From Hypanus sabinus (Eukaryota), in NCBI RefSeq assembly GCF_030144855.1, contig NC_082731.1:11222001-11286000 (forward strand): 64,000 nt of DNA, written 5' to 3'. The position numbers were made by a program, and so were the translations under genes. The notes beneath the pieces were generated by a model. The model was not told the DNA's origin. It did no database searches and worked only from the letters and a program-made list of their open reading frames with translations. Shown here in pieces: positions 12,781 to 23,934 of the stretch. How positions within the stretch are numbered: the first letter of the stretch is position 1; each line of letters opens with the position of its first letter.

Positions 12781-13259
12781 GCTCCCTGACAGGCTGGAGA
12801 GCAACCTGCGGATAATGCACGCAGTGGCTACTTTTTAGGTAACCTTTGACCCTTGTACTTTTTCATCCCTTAGTCGTACCAGGCTGTATCTTCTTATCTC
12901 TCATGACCATCAGCCTGAAACATAGACAACAAGACTGAAATGAGGAAAACATTTTTCATCAGTGTTGAATGTCACGTATTTGTGTTCATGAACATATCCA
13001 GACTATCACCAGATTTAGCCGACTGCATTGCATCTTTATACCACCTAATTTCATTTTAAGTCCAGTTGTCTATTTCCGTTCATGATTTGATCTGATTTGG
13101 CAGAAGAACTTCACTCTGATTCACTGATTCTGAGATGGCTCATCTCTGCTTTCCAGGCTTACATTTCAGGATGCAGTCTCGCAACCTCCTTATTTCTGTT
13201 GCCCCTGGTGGTCATCCTGCCACATATTCCTCTGTCTCGGACACTGAAGAAGTTGTAGA

Positions 13260-14160
13260 AAATGGATACAGAGGCTCATGGGGTGGTAGGTAAGGGCAAT
13301 TGGAAACCGATTCCTGCTATGGTCATTATAGGCACAGTATAATGGCACATTAGGCGAGAAATGCAATAGATGCAGTTGAACGAAGTATCGATGGAAGTAG
13401 AAGGGAGCCCATGGATTTTGAAAAAGGACACCTTAGATGTTCTAGAATGGAACCCTCATTCTGAAGAAAAATGCAGTGGAGATAGAGGAACTGAAGGAAT
13501 CGAATAGCATTTTTACTGGTGACAAGGTGGCAACATGCCACAATAACTGTGGGAGTCAGTGATTTTATAAAATATGTCAGTAGATAATCTGTCTCCAGTG
13601 ATTGAGACAGAGAAATTGAGGAAAGGGGAAACAGCTATCAGAGATGGACCAAGTAATTTGGAGTGTTGGGTGGAAGTTCGAGCTAAAGTTGATGAAATTG
13701 AGGAGCTCAGCATGGCTGCAGGAAGCAGCAAACATATCTTCATTGAAGCAGTCTTCAATGTCACTAACAAAGAAATGGAGTCCATTACTAGTGTAGGCTT
13801 GGAACATGGACCTTTTTGCACAGCTGATGAAAAGACGGATGTTGTTTGGGCCCATGCAAGTTTCCATTGCTATGTTGCTGGTCTGGAGAATGTTGGAGGA
13901 GCCAGAAGTAAAATTGTTGAGGGGAAGTATCAGTTCTGCCAAACAAAGGAGAGTGGTCCTGGAGAGAAACGAGTTAGGGTGGTTGTTCAAAAAGAAACAG
14001 AGATCCTTAACGCCTTCATAATGTGGGATGGATATGAATTGGAAGTGGATGTTCATTGTGAAAATAATGTCATTTGGGCCAGAAAGCAGGAAGTTATTTC
14101 TGTGATGGAGAGCGTGAGAAGTGTAACAGATGTAGGTAGGAAGGGTGAAGGTTAAGGAAA
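13260..14160 (-). mobile_element. Penelope-like element, RT region (decayed)
   Basis: Minus ORF 13577-14056 reads SIPHYEGVKDLCFFL...TTLLCLAELILPLNNF...AMETCMGP...SCSHAELLNFINFSSNFHP, followed by STDIFYKITDSHSY. Confidence 0.9.
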
Positions 14161-14929
14161 GGAATGATCCAATTGGGACAAAATGGAATCAAGATATGCA
14201 GAACAGAATTCAGTGGGCAGAAACTGGTAGCACAATAGGCTTACTGAGCAGTTTGGTTTGTAAATCATGGGTATCAATGTGCAGTGCTCCAGTAGTGCTC
14301 ATTATATCCGTACTTCTCAAGACTGACAGCATCTGCAGAAATTTGTGCATGCATTGACTTCAGTCCCTCTATTATTAAACAGTCCATATATTGTAATATT
14401 GTTAAGTAGCTCACCAGCTGACATATCTCGGGCTGCAGAAGGAAGCCAGGGTTGATAGAGTAAACTCACAGTAAATGAGAGGACATGCAAACCCCACTAA
14501 AACAGCACAGGGAATCAAGATCAAAACAGATTGCTGAGTTGTGAGGTAACAGTTTACAAGTCCATTCATACTCTTGTTAAGAATAGAAGTGATGCTGACC
14601 CTAGTCTCTGATCCACTATTCTTCCCACACCTTTATGGGAACGATTTTCTTGTTGAATTTGGATATCACGTGGGTCCAGTCGCCTTCTGAATTATAGCCC
14701 AGATCTGGAGAGCATGCAAAGGAAAAGTCAGACAGCAGCAAGTTCCTTTATTCAGGACTTATTACACTGACAAGACTGCACATTGAGTGTGAGCTCAAAA
14801 ATACTCTAATGATCCAAACACCCTCCTGAAATTTGCAACATTCACATTACAACTGTTGCAGATTTTATTGTTTCACACAAATGCAACAGTGACTTCATTT
14901 TCATTTTAGGTTTTAATCATTGCCAATCA

Positions 14930-15870
14930 CTGTAATAGACAACATTCAGCCCATCAAATCTGCTCTGCTATTCCATCATGGTTAATTTATTATTCCTCTC
15001 AATCCCAATCTCCTGTCTTCTACCACTATTTTTTGACAGCCTCTCTCAATCAGAAACCTATCAAATCCCATTTTAAAAATGCCCAATAACTTGGCCTACA
15101 CAATTATGTGTAGCAATGAATTCCACAGATTCATTACCATCTAGCTGAAGAAATCCCCCTCACTTCTGTTCTAAAGATATATACTTGTATTCTGAGGCAA
15201 TGCCCTCTGGTGTCAGATTCACCCGCTACAGAAAGCACCTTCTCTAACTCCACTCTCCAATGTCAGCACATCCTTTCATAGATAAGAGGGCCAAAATTGC
15301 TTCCAATAATCCAGTGAGACCTGATAGGTTCTTGATTTAATAAAGGCGTCAAAGATTACTGGGAGGAGATTGGGGCTAAGAGGGACAAGTCGCCCCATTT
15401 TGGAAATAGTGTACGCCTTTATTCCTCCTACCAAAGTGCATTACCATGCAATTCAAAGCCTCAAATTAAATGTGCCACTGCTTTGCCCATTCTCCTAGTC
15501 TGTCTAACTTTTCTGTAGACTCCCTTCTTAATCAGAACTTCCTACTCCTCCACTATTTTCATATAGTCAAAGGCCTTCTGAAAATACAAGTAAACAACAT
15601 CTGCTGACTCTTCTTTGTCTGTCTTGAATTTCTTCTTTGAATTGCAACAGATTTGTGAGTTAAGATTACCCCTTAAGTAAACCATGCTGACCTCGGTCTA
15701 TTTTATCACGTGCCTCCAAGTACACTGAAACCTGATCCTTATTAATGGACTCCAACAATTTCACAGCTGCTATCTATCCTATAATTTACTGTCTTTTGTC
15801 TTCTTATCTCTTTGAAGAGTGAAGAGACTTTTGCAAGTTTCTAATTCCCCAGAGCCATTGCAGAATATAG
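14930..15870 (-). mobile_element. CR1 LINE fragments (3' end and RT region)
   Basis: Contains reverse-complement CR1 3' UTR (aacattcagcccatcaaatctgctctgctattccatcatgg) and RT-region sequence (aaggccttctgaaaatacaagtaaacaacatc). A short plus-strand piece lies between them. Confidence 0.7.
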
Positions 15871-15874
15871 TCAT

Positions 15875-16090
15875 CCTTCATAGATCTCTAATACCTCCAT
15901 AATACCTCCATAGTGCCGAGAGGGAACAGTGAAACAGAATTGTTGACAGCATTTAAAATTAATCTGGAGCACAGGAATCAGCTTTCTGGCTTTGAGCCGA
16001 GTGATGGAAGGTAGGATTAATACTGATGGGTCCTCACTTGTCAGTGTGGACATGTTGGACTGAATGCCCTACTTCTGTGCTTTATGATTA
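15875..16090 (+). mobile_element. CR1 LINE 3' end
   Basis: ...gacagcatttaaaattaatctggagcacaggaatcag...ggacatgttggactgaatgccctacttctgtgctttatg is a CR1 3' UTR. Confidence 0.65.
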
Positions 16091-16599
16091 TATGATATTT
16101 ACTGTGTTAGTGCATGTGTCCTTGAAAGGACGAGCCATGTTTTTCTCCCTGTAGGTGACACTTTTGAAGCACAAACATTGTGTATTTTCCTTCAAATGCC
16201 TTCGACAACCAAGAAATCAGCATGTCTCTGCCGTCCATCACTTTTAATCTAGTCTTGCTCAGTGCTGAATACTTCAAATATTATTCACCCTATCCTTGGA
16301 TCCCATTTCAGGCGTTTTGAAATCCTTGTCTTTCTCCAGTTTCTCTATGATCTTAAGGCTCCTGTTTCTGTAAGCTAATTCTCTGTTGATCTCCAAACAA
16401 AATTCAGTTCTCTAATTCTCTCCTATTGGACAAACTAATATTTTGTATATTACAACTAGCTTTTAATTATCGAGACGCTCGAACTCCATCGGTAAATGTT
16501 CTGGTCTCTTAACATGCCTGTTATCCTTTAGGAATTATTTCCTTGCCCCAGTTTATGTCTCTATCACGTGATGAGATTTAGCATCAATTGATTCAGTGC

Positions 16600-17200
16600 T
16601 GTGTAGCACAATAAACGTGGAACTTGGAACAGGGAACAGTTCAGGCCTTGACCCAAGATGTTGTGTTGACCGATATAAATCTACTAAATGAAAAATTATA
16701 CTGCTCCCTCTTACACAGCCCATAGCCCTCCATTTTCCTACACCTGTAGCCCTATCTAAGAGTTACTTAAATGTTCCTATTGTATATGCCTTTACTGGGA
16801 CCATAGCAAACAGTTACATGCACTAGCACTCGCTGTGTAAACAAAAAATCTATTCTGATATCACCCCTAAGGTTTACTCTCAGACATCAAGACCTCTCTG
16901 TTCCTCCATACCTCTAAATATCCTATCCTTAAACCTGTGCTTTCTTCAAGTTCAACCTTTCAAAGTGTATCACTTCTCACTTTTCTAGATTGATCTCCAT
17001 TTGCCATTTCTTTACCCACCCCTGCATCCTGCCTATATCTTCATATCCTGTCATTCTGTAAAAAGCCTGCCTGGGGAATCTTGTCAAACACTTTCTGAAA
17101 TTCATGTAAACCACATTCACTATTTTACCTCCATAGATTTTTTCACCTCCTCCAGAATCTGAGTCATGCTTATGAGGCATTATCTTCCCCATACAAAATT
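16600..17200 (-). mobile_element. CR1 LINE fragments
   Basis: Minus ORF 16977-17219 contains NVVYMNFRKCLTR (VVYMDFSKAFD-like) and MQGWVKKWQMEIN. A reverse-complement 3' tail lies at 16.6-16.85 kb. Confidence 0.7.
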
Positions 17201-17485
17201 GTGAAACTTTGAGATTCAAATTCCATGACAGTTTGTTGTGACCAACAATTATGAACTATTTGCATGCAGCTACCATTGCATTTTAAACTTTATTCCCCTC
17301 GCTCTTCTCAAGACTTTGTGACTGGAAATTTCTGACTTTGAATTTCAGGTGATGATATTTGGTAGTTGTTTCAATAAAAGAGCAATAATTGTCACAAAAG
17401 TCTTACAATATTAAATGGAGTATTACAAAGTGTATCAAAATCAACAATTTACATTATTGAGCTCTCAATTAGTTGGGAAATTACA

Positions 17486-18190
17486 TGTAACCCCCTGGGT
17501 CGCCTCAGGCTCGCTCAGCTTATTCTCGTCTAGGGGGAGCAGCCTTCGGCCCCGCCAAACTGGGTAATCAGCTGGTGTGAATGCTGTGTGATGTCCCCGC
17601 CTCACCCAAAAACAGACAGTACACCATTTGCGATTAAATGAGTACAATTTATAAAGGTTACTATAACTAAGTGATTAATAATGATACAGTATATATGAAG
17701 AAAAAAATAAAGAAAAGGCGCCAAACTTATCAAAGTCCAAACCACTTCGTGCACAACCGTTGGAGCTCAATTACTGAAGTCTTCTGGCCACCATTCGATC
17801 CCCTCCGAACTCCTCGACTTGCAGCTCTGGACCCTCCGAAGTGGTCAACCAAGCACGTCTAGCTTCATCACCCCTCCTGAGAGTACCTCCTCGCCTTGGA
17901 CCCCCGCTTGGGGTCCGTTCCTCGCCTAGCTTACAGCATTCTCTCTCAACCCCCTCGTGCGGATCTGCCCAAAAGCCCGTTAACAATCGCTTACAGACTC
18001 AGAAGAAAGAACAACATTAATCCACATTTGGTTTGCAAAGGAATACAATTCTTGTTATCAGTAAATTTTAACCCAAACAAGCTTCCAGCACTCTCTCACA
18101 ACAAAGAAGAATTCCTGCTAGTTAACAAAACAAAGAAGCCCTTTGATTACATACACAGTAACAAAGAAAAAAGAAGAGACCCCCTTTACA
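17486..18190. mobile_element. Solo LTR (705 bp) with 4-bp TSD
   Basis: Termini TGTAA...TTACA are flanked by a perfect direct repeat TACA (17482-17485 and 18191-18194). The interior is CpG-rich relative to the flanks. Confidence 0.85.
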
Positions 18191-19280
18191 TACAGATTAA
18201 AATTCTTCGACAGTGATGAACAAACAAATTATTTATTTAATTAACAATATTGCTAAGGGTACAGTCATAAATAAAATTAATTATACTAGTTTATTAGTTC
18301 TGTTCTTTCAGAATGTGCCCAATTCTCCGGAAGATGATTTGTTTCGTCTTTTGCTTCAAAGACAGCTGTTTGTATGATTGAAAACCCTAACTTATTTCCT
18401 TTACTCAGCATGCACGTTTAATCATTATTCTGGTTCCACTTTATCCACATCACTGAATAGTGAAATATATATCAAAAAGTAATCAACATGAGAAATTGAG
18501 ACAGAATTTCTAGTGGTTAAAACGCAGTCCATGAGCATTTTATTGCATACTCTTTGTTGACATTTTGACAGTAATATGTCTCAAGTAAAAGACGAGTAGT
18601 ATCAGTTATAACAGCGACACGCATATAATCTATTGCCGAGATAATATATTTTCCCATGATTTGGGGCCTCGAGTGATTCAACACAAGTTCTTGCTTGACG
18701 GGCAACAGGATCAGATTTTAGCTTCTCTTGGGTTTCAACACCGCTGAAAGGTTTTCATCCTGACATAAAGGAATTGGGATGTTATTCCCGTTACTATGGT
18801 GGGAGTACGTGTGCTCCATCAGGTTCCGTTATTTAAACAGCTGCAAAGGGAACCAGTACTGGTGCAGATAATTGATCCATCTCAAGGCCATCACCTTTTT
18901 CTATTAGAAATGTTAAAACTTTCCAAATCAAGTTGGTCTACTGATGTAAGTAAAGAACCGAGAGATGCATACAAGTACTACATTGTTCTTCCAATGTGAG
19001 CAGACAGGCAGCTTTCGAGTTTCGGTAAAGCAATTTTCTGCCCACGGTGAATGCCACAACACATGGCCACTCTATTCTCTGACTGAGATGAAAGGATACA
19101 GTGAAGATCGGACCGAGAAACATATTCTGTGATAGCGTGATTATAGGCTCAACAATCCAGGTGGGAACACATTGTGTATTGAGGCCTCTGCATACTGTGG
19201 AAGTCACAGTAAGGCAAGCATTAAATGCAACATCCAGTAGAGGATGACATCGGTAGTGTTTAGTCAATTCTTCAAAGCGA

Positions 19281-19475
19281 CACACGCAAAATGCTAGAGG
19301 AACTCAGCAGGACAGGCAGCATCAGTATCAATGGGAAAAAAAACAGTACAGTCAATGTTTTGGGCCGAGATCATTCCTGTACACCTTGCTATAGATGCTG
19401 CCTGGTCTGCTGAGCTCCTCCAGCATTTTGTGTGTGTGCTTAGATTTCCAGCATCAGTAGATTTTCTCTTCTGTG
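19281..19475. mobile_element. Hairpin mini-insertion derived from Penelope terminal repeat (older copy)
   Basis: The arms cacacgcaaaatgctagaggaactcagcaggacaggcagcatc and gatgctgcctggtctgctgagctcctccagcattttgtgtgtg are inverted. Flanks cttcaaagcga / ctttaaagtga form an 11-bp putative TSD with 2 transitions. Confidence 0.75.
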
Positions 19476-20314
19476 CTTTAAAGTGAGACTGCCGGCGCCA
19501 ATATTGCCAATGCAGACAGATAGGTGAGAATGAAAGTGGCTGTGGGTAATTAGCCTTGAACATAGATTCCCTTTACATGGTAGTGGGTGACAGAGATAGA
19601 CGAGATTATAAAAACGTAATGATGTGAAATACAGCCAAAAACTAAGGGACAATCAAAATATCATCAGATGCTTCAATTTACTTTTCATGCAATTAAGAAT
19701 CTTAAATACATTGTATGGGTTGCAATGGACTAAATGAGTGTCGACAGCCATTGTTAGAGAAAGGAAAATGTGGGAAGACTGTAGATTTTTGAATGTAGAT
19801 GTGAAATGCGAAAACATTGAGATGAATCTTGTGAAAAAAGATAATGTGACTAAAAGTTAAAGAATTAAAAAGCAGAGGAAGAACAGGCAAAGGATGGCAG
19901 TGTCTACCTCTGTTTTAAAACAAATAATTAGCACCAGATTCTGAAGATGAACCAGGCACTGTACCCCTGCCTTCTATTTGTACTGTTTCAACAAGGACAT
20001 GCCAAATTTTGCCTCTTGATTACTTGGTGAGGCCATCAGCCTGCATCCTGCCACAGGTGCCTGTTCCTAACAGCACTACAGGAGACGGGAAGCAAAGCGA
20101 TGCAGAGGGGATGAGCGAACTGTTACTTCAAATGTACCTTGAACTGATGTACTTCCCAACGGAGCTGAAAGAAAATGTGTCCCTCACTGCAGATTGCAGT
20201 GTCCTCCAGGAGACTATAGTGTTAATTAATGTGTCGAACGTGTGTATATTTTTTTTATCAAAAGTATTCCAGATGGTTCCAGAAGTAGGGACGCCGGACC
20301 TAACAAAACTCCCT

Positions 20315-20475
20315 TCAACAACTATGTGCAGGGACCCATAAGAAGTAGACCTGTAAACCAATACTTTGAAAATAAAATAATGTTTGAAGAGCTTCCAGCA
20401 GTAAATCTACCCTACTGCTAGAATAATCTGTTTTAATACTAGTCAAAGCCGAAAAGGAATCTGAACAAGCTTGAA
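20315..20475 (-). mobile_element. Nimb/I-clade LINE ORF2 RNase H fragment
   Basis: CSDSFSALTSIKTDYSSSRVDLLLEALQTLFYFQSIGLQVYFLWVPAH carries the xSDS.S.L and F.WVPAH motifs of non-LTR RNase H. Confidence 0.8.
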
Positions 20476-20559
20476 CACGTAGAAATAGCTTGAGTATGTA
20501 GATGAGCATGCAGACATTAAGAAAGAGGATGGGCTGGAGCTTTTGAAAAGCATTAAGTT

Positions 20560-21200
20560 GGAATTCTCGCAATTCCTCTATCTCTGCCGCATCTGCTGTC
20601 AGGATGAGGCTTTTCATTTCAGGACAAAGGAAATGTCTTTTTTAAAGACTTCTCTTTCTCCACCATCAACTCTGCTCTTACACGCATCTCTCCCTTTTCG
20701 CACACATCTGCTCTCACCCTGTCCTCCAGCCACCCACTAGCGATAGGGATCCCCTGGTCCTCAACGATCACCACACCAGACTCCGGGTGCAACATATAAT
20801 TCTCCGTAACTTCCATCGCCTCCAACGGGATCCCACCACCAAGCACAGCTTTCCTCCTCCCCCGCTTTCTGTTTTCCGCAGGGATCGCTCCCTACGTGAC
20901 TCCCTTGTCCATTCCTTCCCCCCAACCCTTCCTATCAAAATCCCTCCTGACACTTATCCTTGTAAGCGGAACAAGTGCAACACCTGCCCTTAAACTTCCT
21001 CTCTCACCACCATTCAGTGCCACAGATTGTTCTTCCAGTTGAGGTGACACTTCACCTGTGAGTCTGCAGGTGTGATATACTGCATCCGGTGCTCCTGGTG
21101 CGGCCTTCTATATATTGGTGAGAGTCGACGCAGACTGGGAGGCTATTTCGCTGAACACCTACGATTTGTTTGCCAGAGAAAGCAGGATTTCCCAGATTTA
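20560..21200 (+). mobile_element. Penelope-like element fragment (RT C-terminus and GIY-YIG)
   Basis: SQFLYLCRICCQDEAFHFRT, QHIILRNFHRLQRDPTTKH and IYCIRCSWCGLLYIGESRRRLG. Confidence 0.9.
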
Positions 21201-21309
21201 TTGATCCTCTTTGTAAAACATACAACTTGTGTTTTAGTTACTGAAAGCTTAAAACCCCGTTTATTTGACCACTGGTTATCCTTATTATTTGCTAATTCTT
21301 GATTAGCCA

Positions 21310-21440
21310 CAGGATTAGAGTGTATGGGGAGTAGGCAAGGGAATTGGGATGACTGGAAGAATTGGATCAGCCATGATTGAATGGCAGAACAGACTCAATG
21401 GGCTGATTGGCGTACTTCTACTCCAATATCTTATGGTTTT
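21310..21440 (+). mobile_element. CR1 LINE 3' tail
   Basis: ggatcagccatgattgaatggcagaacagactcaatgggctgattggcgtacttctactccaatatcttatgg is the same 3' UTR as other CR1 copies here. Confidence 0.75.
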
Positions 21441-21479
21441 ATATAGGAAAATGATCATTTCCATTTATTTGATCACCCA

Positions 21480-22045
21480 CTCACACCAGCCAGAATGTTC
21501 AAAACTAAAGGAAAACATATAGCAGTTTCAGAACTGTTAGTTTCATGCCCCTCCCATCGTTAAGACACAAAGATGTGAAATATCTAAAAATTCTTCTACA
21601 ATCAAACCATTACCATTATTCTGCAAACAACCTCACAGTGAACTATCTGGATTAAAATCCCCACACCATTTGACCCTTAGTAAGCTAAAACTACATGTGC
21701 TTTCCAACAAAATCAAGGGCTTTTCATAAGGGTTATAAGAATTTACTACTTTAATGCCCCTACCGTTTGAAACAAATACTTCTACTCCATTCCTCATACA
21801 TTTAAAATACGTCCACAACTATAACTTTCTGTCCTATAACTTTCCTTATAAATCTGTAAAACTACCCCTCTTACCAACTAGACTATCATGCTCAATAATC
21901 CTGCAAGAGAAAGAATGTAGTAACAACCAGGTTTCCTGAATACATTTGGTAAATGTGATAACTCAGAAATAATCAGAAATAAAGTCTGAACTATTGGAAA
22001 TCAGGCTTCTCGCATTCTATTGCAATATTCGTATGCCCGTTATGT
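21480..22045 (-). mobile_element. Nimb/I-clade LINE ORF2 AP-endonuclease fragment
   Basis: Minus-strand ILQ*NARSL, CIQETWL, VVNSYNP and WCGDFN are APE motifs. Confidence 0.8.
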
Positions 22046-22209
22046 ACCTTCACAAGGAGACTGAAATACAGATACCCCACCCAACAGTGCTTCATTTACA
22101 GCTTCCCACATAACACCAGTTATACCCGATACTTTTCATGCAGTTTTCACAATAATTTAAATGTTCTCAGTATGACTAGATGCTTAACCACTGCAATTAA
22201 ACACATCTG

Positions 22210-22775
22210 CTGAGTATTTATAAGTCACTGGTGAGGCCGCACCTTGAGTATTGTGAACAGTTCATCTTAGAAGGGATATGCTGGCATTGGAGAGGGTTCC
22301 GAGGAGGTTCACAAGGATGATTCCAGGAATGAAAGGAGCATTTGATGGCTCTGGGTCTGTACTCACTGGAATTCAGAAGGGTGGTGAGGGGAGGGATCTC
22401 ATGGAAACCTTTTAAATATTGAGAAGCCTAGACAGAATAGATGTGGAAAGGATGTTTCCCATGGTGTGAGAGTCTTGGACAGGTGAGCACAGCCTCAGGA
22501 TAGAGGGGCACCCTTTCAAATCAGAGAAGTGGATAAATTCCTTTAGCCAAAGGGTGCTGAATTTGTGGAATTTGTTGCATAGGCAGCTGTGGAGGCCAGG
22601 TTGCTGGCTGTATTTAAGGCAGAGTTTGGTAGGTTCTTGATTGGACATGGCGTCCAGGGTTACGGGGAGAAGGCCAGGAACTGGGTTTGAGGAGGAGAAA
22701 AAAAGGTCAGCCATGATTGAATGGCACAGCAGACCTGATGGGCCAAATGGCCTAATTCTGTTCCTGTGTCATACA
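22210..22775 (+). mobile_element. CR1 LINE 3' fragment
   Basis: gtcactggtgaggccgcaccttgagtattgtg (LVRPHLEYC) through the 3' UTR ...ggcctaattctgttcct. Confidence 0.9.
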
Positions 22776-22870
22776 GTTATGAACATCACAAACTTCATTT
22801 TATCAACTAGTAAAATATCTTTAATAGGAGAAGCATGATGTTGACAAATAGCCACTGACTTACATTCTGT

Positions 22871-23072
22871 ACACAACGCTGGTGGAACTCAGCAGGTCAG
22901 GCAGCATCCGTGAGAAAAGAGTAGCCAACGTTTCGGGCCGACAGCCTTCATCAGGAAAGGCCCAAAACGTTGGCTACTCTTTTCTCATGGATGCTGCCTG
23001 ACCTGCTGACTTCCTCCAGCGTTGTGTACGTATTCTTTGATCCACAGCATCTGCAGTTGTATTTTTGTGTTT
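22871..23072. mobile_element. Hairpin mini-insertion of inverted Penelope terminal repeats with 15/16-bp TSD
   Basis: Inverted arms of 71 bp (22869-22939 and 22959-23029) with 4 mismatches and a 19-nt loop. Flanks tgacttacattctgt (22856-22870) and tgacttcacattctgt (23073-23088). Confidence 0.9.
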
Positions 23073-23099
23073 TGACTTCACATTCTGTTCTCTGACTGG

Positions 23100-23800
23100 T
23101 AATACTTTATCAGCATTTGGTTTGAATTTTGCCTCAGCCTCTGCATAAGTCACACCTAACTGTACTTCAACTTGTTGAAATTCAGCTGCCTGCCTAAACA
23201 CTTCACATTCCATCCTCTATAAGCTGCACTATGTTCTCCTCTGCATTTACAATGATTAATCTTCATGCCTTCACGATCTTAATGCTTATCTTCCCCACCA
23301 CACTTTCTACATTTTAGATTCCCAAGACATACAGCCGCAACATGCCCAATCCTCTGACATTTGTAACATCTAAGTCGGGGTGAAATATAAACTCGTACAT
23401 TATAACTAATACAACCCAAACTAACTTTATCAGGGAACTTCACTTCATCAAAACAGATCAATATAGATAAACTATTCATCCCTCCCCTTTTCTGACTACT
23501 TGCAATCTCTTTACCTCCTTAACCATGCATCCCATTAAATGAAATTGACCACATCTATCAAAACATCCAGTGGAACATCTGTTATAACACCCATAACAAC
23601 TCTACTTTGATTAGGCAACATAGATACTATCTGTTTGTCAAGTAAAGTTTTCAATCACAATGCTTTCTCACACTGCTTTTTTAATCCTGACAAACAATTA
23701 ACACCTTCCCTCCTTTTAAAGTTCAACACAATTTATTTTCCCATGGCCGATTTTCAGTTGCTCAAAAACCCGAGAAGCTTAACCCTCTATGGCAAGCAAC
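23100..23800 (-). mobile_element. Nimb/I-clade LINE ORF1 (gag-like, CCHC knuckles), decayed
   Basis: Minus ORF 23279-23479 reads ILICFDEVKFPDKVSLGCISYNVRVYISPRLRCYKCQRIGHVAAVCLGNLKCRKCGGED, with CX2CX4HX4C followed by a second CX2C. Confidence 0.85.
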
Positions 23801-23934
23801 AGAGCTCATAACAGCGCTCGGGCTAAGGCAACCTTGATAACAGTTTTCACCGTACCAGCACCATAGACTTCGCAGTTGTGAATGATAAACACAAGAGGAA
23901 CTGCGGGTTCTGGAAATCCAGAGGATTTTCTTTC

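Noticed and set aside
12780-13140. gag or LTR of the ERV-L-like element
   Set aside because: No major-homology or CCHC motif, no TG..CA repeat pair and no PBS. Part of the interval is a short CR1 piece.
18690-18860. EGF/sushi-like exon (CSCLNNGT*; LEAPNHGKIYY) on the minus strand after an acceptor-like ttccctttgcag
   Set aside because: All three phases after the AG hit a stop within 8 codons and the cysteine spacing is incomplete. Probably chance.
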